From assembly GCA_951406725.2 (NCBI GenBank), contig OX597819.1:98580001-98644000 (forward strand): 64,000 bases of DNA, written 5' to 3'. How positions within the stretch are numbered: the first letter of the stretch is position 1; each line of letters starts with the position of its first letter. Shown here piece by piece: positions 12,620 to 26,426 of the stretch. The notes below the pieces were generated by a model. That model ran no database searches. It was not told the origin of the DNA and was given only the letters and a program-made list of their open reading frames with translations. This stretch comes from Octopus vulgaris (lineage: Eukaryota). The translations under genes were made by a program, and so were the position numbers.

Positions 12620-12880
12620 TTAGAATTATCATCAATGAAAATAAAATAAATTACAACAGCTACAAAATGTATGTAAATTGTCAACAGAAGGTGGCGAATT
12701 ATAAAACAGAATAATTCAACGACGTTAATTACATTTTAAACATCAAAGCAGGATGGTGTATAGGTGACGCAAGCGTTATATAGAGCAAAAACTGACGTAT
12801 ATACAAAAGCTTTGTGATTAACAACGAGCCTGCTTGAATATCACGGTGATTACTTTTTCAAAGTATTTACACCCGTGAGC
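12620..12880 (+). promoter_or_regulatory. Copy 1 of a dispersed AT-rich block (candidate SLC6 promoter); internally deleted, lacks the donor-bearing segment
   Basis: Collinear with 34250-34620, e.g. 'gattaacaacgagcctgc(t/c)tgaatatcacggtgatt' and 'tttcaaagtattta'. The promoter role is inference. Confidence 0.4.
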
Positions 12881-12962
12881 CCCCACCACACACAAATACA
12901 TAATATATAGATATATTCATATATATGTACATCTATACATATATGTATATAAGACACACACA

Positions 12963-13005
<43 letters not shown>

Positions 13006-13020
13006 TATTATGTATATATA

Positions 13021-13210
13021 TATAATCAAAATAAGTAACAAGAATGACTACGGTAATTTGGTACGATCATTTCGTACGACATCGTACCAAATTACCGGAG
13101 TCATTCTTGTTGCTTATTTGATTATAATCCCAGATTTTTATGGATAACTCCATACAGAATTCTTGCATCTAAATTAAGTACCACATTCATTTGAATCTAA
13201 ATTTTTGCTG

Positions 13211-13257
<47 letters not shown>

Positions 13258-13300
13258 TATATATATATCTAATATATAAGTACCATATTCATTTGAATCT
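13021..13300. repeat. Truncated PLE-derived element with a ~47-bp-arm hairpin (13021-13126); longer relative at 32868-33240
   Basis: tataatcaaaataagtaacaagaatgactacggtaatttggtacgat / atcgtaccaaattaccggagtcattcttgttgcttatttgattata; shares both ends with 32868-33240; lies in (TA)n. Confidence 0.75.
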
Positions 13301-13303
13301 ATA

Positions 13304-13350
<47 letters not shown>

Positions 13351-13352
<2 letters not shown>

Positions 13353-13635
13353 TGAGACCCCCTTCGGTTATGACTGACCACGGGATTGCACCTAGAAAGT
13401 TACCTTCCCAGGCACAAGTCCAGACAAGGTTGTGTATGGAAGACCAGCGGTCGCCCATGCATACCAGCCTCCCCTCTCCACGCCACTGATGTTATCCAAG
13501 GGTAAAGCAACGACCGGTACAGCTTGGCAACTCATTTCTACAGCTAAGTGAACTGGAGCAACGTGAAATAAATTGTCTTGCTCAAGATCACAACACGCAA
13601 CCCGGTCCGGGATTCGAACTCACAACCTTACAATC
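13351..13635 (-). mobile_element. tRNA-derived SINE (CORE-like domain), related to 59035-59360
   Basis: Shares 'cagct(a/g)agtg(a/g)actggagcaacgtgaaataaa..gtcttgctcaa ... cgaactcacaacctta' with 59232-59315. Confidence 0.7.
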
Positions 13636-13680
<45 letters not shown>

Positions 13681-14467
13681 ATAAAAAATATATATAAAAA
13701 TACAAAATGGGACAAGAACGCAAAACATTCAAATAGACGACACAAAAAACGGACGGGTCATTCGAAGCCTCTATCTTTAGTCAAGAACCGGATCATCCTC
13801 GCAATTTCGGCTGATTAATCTTGAGATCGCTCCGATCCGGCCAGTCCCAAGGAAAATCTAAGCTACGAGCATTAGATTTCTTGGAAAAAGAATCGAATGT
13901 ATACGAAACAAGGACAGTAAAACGGACGATGCCACACGAATATAAATACAAAAAACAAAAAGTAATACGAATATAAATACAAAAAACAATAATAATAATA
14001 ATCACAGGAAAAAAAAACAACAGGCGTTTTTCGACTTTAGACAGTTCATCTTAGCTGGCGTATTTGAAAAATACGGCAGACGAAAAAATCGATGTTGTCG
14101 TGGGGCTGCTCAGAAGCCGAAAGGCTATAGTTGATTGGTGGTCACGTGAGAAGAGAAGAGAGAGAAAAGAAAGGACAAAGGAATCAAAGAGAGGGAGAAG
14201 AGAGAGAAAAAGAGGGACTAAGGCACCAAAGAGGGGGAGAAGAGAGAGAAAGAAGAAAATTTGACTCTCATTTCTAGTAATATCCCGGGCTATTTTGCAC
14301 CTTCGATATATATTGCAAGCAGGGCGAGAACTTTCCTTCTATTCCAGCCTCGAGAATACCACACTGCGCAGTTTCGTCCTTATTATGGTCATTCTCAGTG
14401 TTTAGGTGTGAGAACCATTACTTCTTTGTGTAAATACTGCTTTCGTCTCTTATAGAGATTTTCTTTA

Positions 14468-14554
<87 letters not shown>

Positions 14555-14752
14555 CGGACGTGCTGTCACTTCGGCTCCGGAGGTAATCGTTTATTTTGAC
14601 TATTTATAGCCCATATTTTGTGTACATTTTTGTAAATAAGGTGTGTAAGGCACCCAACTTTCGTTTGAGTGCTTTTCCAAGGGAGGAATTCGCCCCTAGG
14701 GGCAGTTTCAACCCTATTTAATTTGTGTAATTTTCTTCTCGACACTTTGAAA

Positions 14753-16972
14753 ATGTCGAGAAATTGTATTGTAGAACGCTGGTCGCGTTCCTTTATCGAC
14801 CAACATTTTCCTAGTCTGGAAACGCTAGGAGTAAAAAAGAACTTATGCACGCAAAGTGCAAACCTAAATGACGTGGCAGTGAACGCTGCAACCACTTGCG
14901 GTAGCAGCCCTGTCACCGCCACCACCACTAACAACAACAACAACAACAACGAGACTACTACTGCTACCACCACCACCTCCACCACCACCACCACCACCAC
15001 CACCACCACCGCCACCTCATCCACTACCTCAACTACCAACAACAACAACAATAACAATGACAACAACAATAACAACAATTGCGCCACCATTTCGACATCT
15101 GCTGCCACGGCTGTCTCTTCTGCCACTGACACCACCGCCAACACCAACAACAAAAACAACAATGACAACAACAACAATTCCGTTCAGACCTTGCTTCCTC
15201 CAACACCAAGAACTGAAGGAAATAAACAAAAGACTGTGAACACCAAACAAATTGACAAAAGCTGCTCGAACACAGGGACAAACTATGCAAGTAATTTTCC
15301 ACCACTTCCTACTGGCACAATCAAACCAAATACACCGATTTTACCAACTGCAGCCAACAACAACATCACCACCAGCAACAACAATAACAAAACAACAACA
15401 AATTTCGCCGAGGCGATAAAAGAAAAAAAACAACAGCATATTTTACTGCACAGCAGATAAAAGATACGAAAATTTTAATAACGGAAGTAGATGGTTTAGG
15501 AAAAATAAACATACCACAAGAAATATTAGAAAATGAAAAAAAGAACTATTATATATAAAATAATTAATAAGAAAACAAAAAGTCCAGAGAAGGCTAACAC
15601 AAGCAAAATCGAAAATGCTTGAAACCCATCTGGAACTACAAAGAGTATGTGGTGGAACAAGTTCGCACACATACAAGTGGTCTTCCACACAGAAGAGTTA
15701 GCAAAACGTTTCTCAACGCTAACTCTTCATTCAGATGAACTGACATTAATACCAAGCTATCGTGGATAGAAAGTGACTAAGATCACTTTAAACAATGTCC
15801 CAAAAATAGCGCACAACCTATGGCTAGCAAAGGCCTTATGTGTGAAAATGGAAGATTTCACAATTTTAGAAACTACGGTCACGGAACACAAAAACTGGGT
15901 GGGAAAAAGAGTAGAATTTCTACTACACATAGACCAATATGATATAAAGAAAATACCCACCCAGATATGTGTATCAGAAGACCACAAGTTGTATGTGGTC
16001 GTCAATGGCAGAAGACCACGTTGCTACATATGCGGCAGTGAGCAACATCAAAAAAAAGATTGCAAATCTGCCGCAAGAAAACAACAGCAACAACAACCGC
16101 AGCCGGAAAAAACAAAGAAGCCAGCTTTACTACCCACACCACAATTTGTACAAACAGGACTAATCACAGAAAATCAACAAAAAAACCTCACCAACCAAAC
16201 TGCACCAAGAACAGAAACAACACCAACCAACAACAACCAAGGATAAACCAACTCCCAAACCAAGGACATCTGCCAAAAAGACACTCATCGAAAATGAAGA
16301 AACAATTACTACTCCAAATCTCCACAAAATTGACACCCCAAACAACACAACAATACCTACAATCACTCAAACACAAAATATCCATACCCCACCTCCAAAA
16401 CCGCATACACCACAACCTAACGCTCACCAACCAACACCACCAACAAAATCAACACAGTCTACAATAGACCCCAATATTTTCCCCCTCCCAAGCTCTGATT
16501 CCTCTGATTTGTTATTAGACGAAGAAGACACAGAAGATTGGCAAATAGCCACAGGGGAGGGGAGAAGAAAAAGGGAAAAAAAAGAAAAGAAAAGATAACA
16601 AACAAAGCAGGAAGATTCACCACTCCCGAAACAAAAACATCCACAGAAAACAAACACATCAACACAAACACACCATCATCAAACCCCCCAACAATGTTGA
16701 CAGCCATAAACACAAACAACCACGACCTAATGGAACACATTAGGTCAAACACCAACATAACTGAAAACGACATAAAAACAAATAACCACCCACGCACAAC
16801 ACCACCACAACACATTAAAATAATACACGTAACACAGAACACATACAGCACCCTGAAATCTCTTTACCCTGATGCAGTAGGGAGATTTCAAAAATATTCA
16901 TCAAAGAAACTATATAAAAATCTCATGGAAGAAGACTGTGAGGTGAAAAACAAAGGACTTTCGGACAAGTGA
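14753..16972 (+). pseudogene. Tx1 ORF1 (gag-like, CCHC zinc knuckle), disrupted
   Basis: Thr/Asn-rich N-terminus; CYICGSEQHQKKDC = Cx2Cx4Hx4C; split by stops and frameshifts; ends 69 bp before ORF2. Confidence 0.75.
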
Positions 16973-17040
16973 CCTTTTCTCTCTCTCTTTCCTTTTTTGC
17001 ACTTTCTTTTCGTGTGTAAAACACAATTTTTTATCGGAAC

Positions 17041-20000
17041 ATGCTCAGAATAGGCAGTATAAATGTACGTGGCTTGGGGTCGCCTTGGAAACAAGGCTAC
17101 CTGTTAAATGATATCAAGTCACTAAATCTGAATATCATAGCCATCAGTGAGACCAGACTCTACAGCTTGCGGGCACTCCAGCACATGTTCGGTACACATT
17201 TCAACATTTATTTTTCTCCGTGTCTACCGAGAATGGGCGGAGGTGGCACCGCGGAGCTTCTCCGGAAGAGTCTGGATCTCAAAGTAAGAGCAATTTTCAT
17301 AGACCCGGAGGGTAGGCTGGTCGTTTTGGATGTCGATGGCAGCAATGAGTGTGCTTTTCGACTGATAACAGTTTATGCTCCGTCCTTAACAGGCCGACCA
17401 GATTTCTTTCGACGTCTAGAGTCTTTCATGGGAACGTCTCGTCCTTTACTTTTCGTGGGGGATTGGAATGCCACCCTGGACACGCATCTAGACTACGTGG
17501 GAAGAGATAGCAATAGAAGGGGATGCAAATGCCTCAAAGACCTGCTCAGACGTTTCCAACTGTCTGACAGGTACCGACTGGACCACCCGAATGTGCCAAT
17601 GTGGACATGGAGTAACCGCATCGGGTCGTCCAGATCATACTTAGATAGAGTATTCTGTAGGACAATAGATAAAAATAGTGTAGGTTGTCCACAATTTCAT
17701 ATAGTCAGTTACACAGATCACAAGTTTGTGACTTGTACACTTGACTTAGATAAGACACATAGGCAGGGTCCTGGTTACTGGAAACTGAACGCGTCTTTTA
17801 CAGCACGACAGGTTTACAGGGACCGGATTAGCACATTAGTTAAGACGGGTACCATCATCAACAACAGATGGTGGTATGCCCTAAAAAAACCCAATTGAAG
17901 CAGAATCAGTCAGATACAGTAAAGCCCTAGCATTAGACCGAAATAGAATAGAGGGAGAATTAATTAAGGTTTTAGAAGAGGCACTTAGAACTGGCATCGC
18001 GTCCAACGTGCTGGCGGCGAGATTGGCCCTCGACCAACACCTCAACGCCAAACACGAGGGATGCGTTGTCAGAGCTAGGATGCGTGCTCTGAGGAACGAA
18101 GGAGTTGGAGCCGCCCAAGAGGCCCGAGTGGTGGAGACGCAACGAGGCAACAGAGCCACCATCAAGTCTCTTATAGATGAACAGGGGCGCGAATTGCTCG
18201 AGCCTAAAAGGATGTGTGGGGCTTTTCAACAACATTTCACCCAACTGTTTGGGACAAGTGGTGGGTCAGAACGCAGAGTGGACTTTAGTGCCTACCTGCA
18301 TGCCTTGCCACGACTCTCAGCAAGAGAGGGGGAGTCTTGTGAAAGGCCTATCACAGCTGCGGACCTACAGGATGCGATAGAGGGCTGCGCGAGAGACAAG
18401 TCACCAGGCTTGGATGGTCTGCCCTACGAACTTTATTGTCATATGCCAGACTTGTTTGGAGGCGTCTTCGCAGCTGTCTACTGCAACTGGCAGCAAAACG
18501 GGAGTATTCCTGCTTTTGTAAAGCGAGGAGCAGTGGCACTGATTAAGAAAGACCCAAACAAGGGGGACGTCATAGATAATTTCAGGCCCATCACTCTGCT
18601 CAACGCAGATTTGAAAATTTTGGCCAAGGTGTTAGCCGAGAGGTTGGCGCTTGTCATCAAGAAACTAATCGACAAGGCGCAAACATGCGCCGTGCCGGGT
18701 AGAAGTATTCATGACAACCTCCATCTGATGCGCTACATCATAGACAGGGTAGTTAAGAATCCTGGCATGGGTGGGGCGCTGATCAATTTGGATCAATCAA
18801 AGGCTTTCGATAGGGTAGACCATTACTACTTGGAGGCTGTCCTTAAAGCGGCTGGTTTTGGCCCAGTTTTCCGCGGTTGGATCGCTGCCTTATACAGCGG
18901 CATCCGCTCAGTAGTTCGCGTAAATGGTCATCTATCCAGACCTTTTAACATCATGCGTTCGGTTCGTCAGGGATGCTCCCTCTCATCGCTGCTGTATGTA
19001 TTGACTCTTGAGCCACTACTGCGGAAACTGGCGACGCTGAGGGGCATCCCACGAGAGCTGGGATGCGGGAGGAGCGTGTCTGCATACGCGGATGACGTCA
19101 CCGTCATAGTGTCGAGCTACCAGCACATCGAGCTGGTCGGCGAGACACTAAATGAATACGAAGCGGTAACGGGAGCAAAAATTAACCGGGAAAAGTCAGT
19201 GGGCTTGCGGCTCGGCGCCTGGAGAAGCAGGCCCATGCTGGACGCTGGACGCTGGACCGACGGACCGGTTAAATTGCTCGGGGTCTGGTTCGGTCCGGAC
19301 CTCCAAATAGAGAACTGGGGCGAGATAACGACTAGGGTGGCTACTCTCACCCAGAAATGGGCTGAGAGAAAGCTATCCCTAAAAGGTCGGGCGGAGGTGG
19401 CGAACGCGTACATCGCATCCGTCATCGAGTATCGTCTGACCGTCGTGCCTTCTCCCGACCCTACCATCACCAAACTGGAACGTATACTCTTCCGCTTCGT
19501 GTGGAAGGGAAACGTTCCGATGGTTAGGCGATCCATTTGCTGTCAACACCCGCTAAATGGAGGGCTGGGCATGCCGTGGTTGATGATGCGCAGACACGCG
19601 CTGAGACTGCGACATCTCCGGTGCTTCATAGACGACGGTGAACAGGTGTGGTCGCCTTTTGTGCGGCGCGCTTTCCCGCAGCTCGTGTCCTTGGACGAAC
19701 TACAGTCATGGATCAAGCAGAGACCGAGGCTAGGCGAATGGCACCGGGATCGAACTTGTGCGACTCCATCACAACAAAGGCATTCTATAGAGGATTAGTG
19801 GAGGGGAGGTGCGACGACGAACTCGGGCAGAGTCTGGGCGTCGATGAGGAACACCTGACCCGCCTGTTCAGGACAACTTTCGGGCCGGGACCTATGAACA
19901 ATCACCAAAGATCCTTGGCCTGGCAGTGCTATCGAGAAGCATTACCTGTTCGGGATAAGCTCTACAGACATGGTTCCAGACACACTGGACCGACTTGCCC

Positions 20001-20417
20001 GAGATGCGGTCAGAGCGACGAAACCGTTCTGCACGCACTCGTGCAATGTCCAACCATTTCAGACCTGTGGGCTTATGCCGAACGGCTGCTGTCACGTGTG
20101 GGACGAATCCGCCTATCGGCCGAGTCTATCGTGAGAATTGCTCCGCCCCCTTCCCTCAACCGGGAAGGCAAGGCAGTTTTCACCGTACTGGTGGCCATGG
20201 TGAAAGAATGTGTGTGGTGGTGGACCCGAGCGAAAGGATTAGAGACAAACACTTACCTCTCTGGCCAATCGCTCATCAACTTTTTCAAGTACCACTTGAA
20301 AAGGAAGGTGAGAATGGAGAGGAAGTTTTGTCTCGCGAAAGATTAAAAAAAAGATGGGTGAATGTTGCAAAGATGGTGCGTGCGAGTGACGAAACCATTT
20401 TGAGCATGACCCTGTAA
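17041..20417 (+). pseudogene. Tx1 ORF2 (APE endonuclease, RT, C-terminal zinc finger), about 3 frameshifts
   Basis: SINVRGL, ISET, VGDWN, SYLD, TDH and GPGYWKLN (APE); NFRPITLLNAD.K, LDQSKAFDRV, VRQG, YADD (RT); GGLG; CPRCGQSDETVLHALVQC. Confidence 0.93.
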
Positions 20418-20729
20418 ATCGTAAAAAAGAAAGAGAGAGAGCATTTTGCTCTCATGTGGTTATTTCCTCCCTGACTGAGGTTCCCGTGGTCTTTTCTGTA
20501 GGCTTTTCTTCCACGGATGAACCCAATCTTGTTTTATCAATGTTTTTATCAATGCTTCTGTGATACACGATTTCTTCCCTTTTTTTTTCCTCTCGATCCC
20601 TTTTGATCGCAATCTTATATTTATTTTCTTTTTTCCACGCTCGAAAAGAAAAGCTCTACATTTGTATTTGTCCCCTCTGTATTCAGCCCTGTGTGGCTAA
20701 TAAAAGGAAGTTATCTATCTATCTATCTA

Positions 20730-20812
<83 letters not shown>

Positions 20813-20990
20813 ATGTATGAATATGCATATGTATGTATATATCTATATTTATAGATGTGGATGTATATGGTATGTGTAACTATATATGTGTGTATGTGTG
20901 TATATTCGTGTATAGATGTGTATATGTATGAGTGTATATATATATATATATGTATGTATGTAAGCGTATATACATGTTTATTTTTGTGTG

Positions 20991-21040
<50 letters not shown>

Positions 21041-21683
21041 TATATATATATATATATATATGCATGCTCTTTTATTTATTTGTATATGTGTATGCATGTA
21101 TGCATGTATGTGAGTAAGTCTATGTAAGCATATACATACATACATACATACATACATACACACACACATATTTTTATTTCAATTATTATTTTAAAAATAA
21201 CCCTTTTTAATTTACTTGGATTAATAATTTAACACCTAGATTGCTACATTATATCCCTCTTTATATCTCTTCTAAATATAATTTTCCTATTTTTAAAATA
21301 AATTTTTATATTTTTACATCATATTCCCTTCTTAATTCCCTAATAGTAGTAATTATTATTTCAATTTCATATTGATAATTTATATTCCCCATTTAAATAT
21401 CATTAATATAATTAAGACTTATTTGTAAATTTGTTTACTCTTACTTTTGACTTGATATTAATATCGAACCTTTCTCCCCCATTGTATATTTTTATCTAAT
21501 ACAAATTATTCAGCTATTTATCAATTTATTATATACAGATATTTTTTTCAAATCTTATACATTTTTTAAAATTACATATTTTCATCTATATGGTATCTTT
21601 TTACTCCCCCTTTGTATATTTTAAACTAAAATCAGTTTATCTAGCCATTTTATTTACTTTTATTCATTTATTTATATATTAAA

Positions 21684-21733
<50 letters not shown>

Positions 21734-22053
21734 TGTATTTATTTTCAAAACTTTATATTAAAAAAAAAACGTTTTTATCTATAATAGTTACTTTTCTATA
21801 TTTTTCATATTTCCTGGATACTGCAATTACCTACATTTACCTCCCCTTGACCCTATATTTTGCAAACTCTAGAATGTCATCACTTAAACTTAAAATAATT
21901 TTTTCTTTGATATAAGTGATTTGTCCTTACTCTTTTATTTATACAAATAACATATGAACTATGCACCTATTTTGTTTCTTCCTTTTTTCATCTATTTATA
22001 TTATAAATTGTACCCATGAGAGAGAGATAAAGAAAAAGATTAAGGTACAAATA

Positions 22054-22467
22054 GCAAGAGTGGCTGTGTGGTAAGTAGCTTGCTAACCAACCACATGGTT
22101 CCGGGTTCAGTCCCACTGCGTGGCACCTTGGGCAAGTGTCTTCTGCTATAGCCCCGGGCCGACCAATGCCTTGTGAGTGGATTTGGTAGACGGAAACTGA
22201 AAGAAGCCCGTCGTATATATGTATATATATATGTATGTGTGTGTGGATTTGTGTGTCTGTGTTTGTCCCCCTAGCATTGCTTGACAACCGATGCTGGTGT
22301 GTTAACGTCCCCGTCACTTAGCGGTTCGGCAAAAAGAGACCGATAGAATAAGTACTGGGCTTACAAAGAATAAGTTCCGGGGTCGATTTGCTCGACTAAA
22401 GGCGGTGCTCCAGCATGGCCGCAGTCAAATGACTGAAACGAGTAAAAGAGTAAAGAGTAAAAGAGTA
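22054..22467 (+). mobile_element. tRNA-derived SINE family A (copies 24291-24704, 46856-47246 minus; partial 53810-53970, 55145-55400 minus, 58145-58270 minus)
   Basis: Pol III A/B-box-like head (tggctgtgtggtaag ... gggttcagtccc), conserved body, and a (GAGTAAA)n tail. Confidence 0.85.
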
Positions 22468-22791
22468 TGAGCATTTTATCCCTTATATTGTAATATAACT
22501 ATCAAATTTTTTCTTTGATAGATGTTTTCCTTGCTCCTTATAATTATAGCATTTTTACTGTTTTCTATGTTACTTCTAAGCAATATAGAAAACAGTAAAA
22601 ATGCTATAATTATAAGGAGCAAGGAAAACATCTATCAACGAAAAAAGTTGATAGTTATATTACAATATACCTGTCTATACCTCGTTCAGAGATTTATTAT
22701 TGCTTGTATACACTTTTTCAAGATCAGTGACGAGAAGTTACTGGAAAAAGGATATTAATATTTGCATTGGGACTCCTTTCATCGAAAACCG

Positions 22792-22850
22792 GTGATTGTC
22801 GTACGCTGATGGCGGGTCAATACCCAGAAACTGCAGTCCGTGCGTATCAC
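22792..22850 (+). ncRNA. Hammerhead-like motif (A9>G variant); identical copy at 25028-25086
   Basis: gtgattgtcgtacg-CTGATGG-c-gggt caat accc-a-GAAA-ctgcag-TC-cgtgcgtatcac; stems I and II pair, palindromic stem III ACTGCAGT. Confidence 0.65.
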
Positions 22851-23036
22851 TTAGGTTGACGAGGGAAGGATGCAAATACCGATAGGGCACAGAAAGTGTG
22901 CCTAAAGCCAGCTGGAGAGGATGTTCTCCTGGGGCTACAAGCTACAGTAATATCCACCCTTAGTGGTAAGCCATATTGAGATGGCAAATATACCTCACAT
23001 ATATTACTTCTTTTTCTCTTTCTTTCTTTCTTTTTC

Positions 23037-23093
<57 letters not shown>

Positions 23094-23277
23094 ATGTATG
23101 AATATGCATATGTATGTATATATCTATATTTATAGATGTGGATGTATATGGTATGTGTAACTATATATGTGTGTATGTGTGTATATTCGTGTATAGATGT
23201 GTATATGTATGAGTGTATATATATATATGTATGTATGTAAGCGTATATACATGTTTATTTTTGTGTGTATATGTATA

Positions 23278-23313
<36 letters not shown>

Positions 23314-23926
23314 CATGCATGCTCTTTTATTTATTTGTATATGTGTATGCATGTATGTGAGTAAGTCTATGTAAGCATATACATACATACATACATACAT
23401 ACACACACACATATTTTTATTTCAATTATTATTTTAAAAATAACCCTTTTTAATTTACTTGGATTAATAATTTAACACCTAGATTGCTACATTATATCCC
23501 TCTTTATATCTCTTCTAAATATAATTTTCCTATTTTTAAAATAAATTTTTATATTTTTACATCATATTCCCTTCTTAATTCCCTAATAGTAGTAATTATT
23601 ATTTCAATTTCATATTGATAATTTATATTCCCCATTTAAATATCATTAATATAATTAAGACTTATTTGTAAATTTGTTTACTCTTACTTTTGACTTGATA
23701 TTAATATCGAACCTTTCTCCCCCATTGTATATTTTTATCTAATACAAATTATTCAGCTATTTATCAATTTATTATATACAGATATTTTTTTCAAATCTTA
23801 TACATTTTTTAGAATTACATATTTTCATCTATATGGTATCTTTTTACTCCCCCTTTGTATATTTTAAACTAAAATCAGTTTATCTAGGCATTTTATTTAC
23901 TTTTATTCATTTATTTATATATTAAA

Positions 23927-23970
<44 letters not shown>

Positions 23971-25276
23971 TGTATTTATTTTCAAAACTTTATATTAAAA
24001 AAAAAACGTTTTTATCTATAATAGTTACTTTTCTATATTTTTCATATTTCCTGGATACTGCAATTACCTACATTTACCTCCCCTTGACCCTATATTTTGC
24101 AAACTCTAGAATGTCATCACTTAAACTTAAAATAATTTTTTCTTTGATATAAGTGATTTGTCCTTACTCTTTTATTTATACAAATAACATATGAACTATG
24201 CACCTATTTTGTTTCTTCCTTTTTTCATCTATTTATATTATAAATTGTACCCATGAGAGAGAGATAAAGAAAAAGATTAAGGTGCAAATAGCAAGAGTGG
24301 CTGTGTGGTAAGTAGCTTGCTAACCAACCACATGGTTCCGGGTTCAGTCCCACTGCGTGGCACCTTGGGCAAGTGTCTTCTGCTATAGCCCCGGGCCGAC
24401 CAATGCCTTGTGAGTGGATTTGGTAGACGGAAACTGAAAGAAGCCCGTCGTATATATGTATATATATATGTATGTGTGTGTGGATTTGTGTGTCTGTGTT
24501 TGTCCCCCTAGCATTGCTTGACAACCGATGCTGGTGTGTTAACGTCCCCGTCACTTAGCGGTTCGGCAAAAAGAGACCGATAGAATAAGTACTGGGCTTA
24601 CAAAGAATAAGTTCCGGGGTCGATTTGCTCGACTAAAGGCGGTGCTCCAGCATGGCCGCAGTCAAATGACTGAAACGAGTAAAAGAGTAAAGAGTAAAAG
24701 AGTATGAGCATTTTATCCCTTATATTGTAATATAACTATCAAATTTTTCTTTGATAGATGTTTTCCTTGCTCCTTATAATTATAGCATTTTTACTGTTTT
24801 CTATGTTACTTCTAAGCAATATAGAAAACAGTAAAAATGCTATAATTATAAGGAGCAAGGAAAACATCTATCAACGAAAAAAGTTGATAGTTATATTACA
24901 ATATACCTGTCTATACCTCGTTCAGAGATTTATTATTGCTTGTATACACTTTTTCAAGATCAGTGACGAGAAGTTACTGGAAAAAGGATATTAATATTTG
25001 CATTGGGACTCCTTTCATCGAAAACCGGTGATTGTCGTACGCTGATGGCGGGTCAATACCCAGAAACTGCAGTCCGTGCGTATCACTTAGGTTGACGAGG
25101 GAAGGATGCAAATACCGATAGGGCACAGAAAGTGTGCCTAAAGCCAGCTGGAGAGGATGTTCTCCTGGGGCTACAAGCTACAGTAATATCCACCCTTAGT
25201 GGTAAGCCATATTGAGATGGCAAATATACCTCACATATATTACTTCTTTTTCTCTTTCTTTCTTTCTTTCTTTTTC

Positions 25277-25365
<89 letters not shown>

Positions 25366-26426
25366 TCCTTATTATATTTTAAATTACCGTTAATGAAACC
25401 AGTAATATTGAGCGCTACTTATTTTAAAATATGACCAATAGATTCTCTTTTATTTATTTGATTAACTCAAAATAGACTTAGGGGTGCCAATCTCTTTACT
25501 ATTGTATACAAGTACGTATATTAAATACATTTTTATTTATTTATTTACTCACTATCCAATTTGTATAGGTATTTTTATTTTCATTGAACCCTATCTGAGT
25601 TTCAATCTAAGTAGCAATATATTTTTGCACAAATATATATATATATAAGTTCTTATATAGATTTAAGTTCTTGTATATTTATATATATATTTGTATAATT
25701 ATCTGTATGCGATTTCTTAAGTATTTGTTACGTATTAGCGGGTAAATATATGTGGGTATATGCGCCAGGTATGATTATTGCTGGGCCCATTTATTTTCTA
25801 TTCTTTATTCTTTATTTTATATATTTTCGTGTATTTCTATATGTATAAATATCTGAACGTATTTATATATGCATTCAAATATATATATATTTTTTACCTA
25901 TTATTTTACCTACTATTAACTATAGTTAATAGCGCAAAGGGTAAACGGTTGACATTATTAGTACTCAGAGATTCGAATGTCGGTGCGAAGCTCTACTGTA
26001 CATTCTCGTCGGCTATTAATCGCAACAGACACAACGAAAAAAAAAATCGTTAAATGTAAGGGAAGTAACTCTAATAGATGGAAAAAAGAGAAAAAGAAAA
26101 GTTTAAAATATATCAAAAAGTTATAAAGACATAAAACACCTGTGTTTACAACGTCTACATACGTACATAAAAAGGCAGCGAATTTACTTCACTACCTATG
26201 CATGTTGTTCTTCATTCTAAAATGATAAAAACTTTAGCATACTTCCAAAATGGGACTTAATCCATGTGTATCCGCGTGCATATTTGTGTATGTGTGTGGA
26301 GGGTGGGGGTGCGCAAGAAAAACATTTATGGAAATGTACTCATAAAATTTCTATTAAAATAAGTTGTCTTTATATGCCACGCTTGCAATTCTCCATATAA
26401 ATGACAGCAAAGTGTGTATCAAATGA

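Larger units (their letters stand above)
14555..20711 (+). mobile_element. Near full-length Tx1/L1-clade LINE (~6.2 kb) embedded in (TCTA)n
   Basis: 5' UTR, ORF1, ORF2 and a 3' UTR ending ccctgtgtggctaataaaaggaagt; (TCTA)n on both sides (14469-14554 and 20712-20810). Confidence 0.93.
20712..25350 (+). repeat. Near-identical tandem duplication, unit ~2.24-2.28 kb, bounded by (TCTA)n tracts
   Basis: ORFs 21733/23970, 21988/24225, 22522/24758 and 22963/25199 recur at offset 2236-2237; only a few SNPs and microsatellite length differences. Confidence 0.95.

Noticed and set aside
14566-15177. 203-aa Val/Leu-rich minus-strand ORF resembling a membrane protein
   Set aside because: It is the antisense shadow of the (ACC)n/(AAC)n repeats in Tx1 ORF1.
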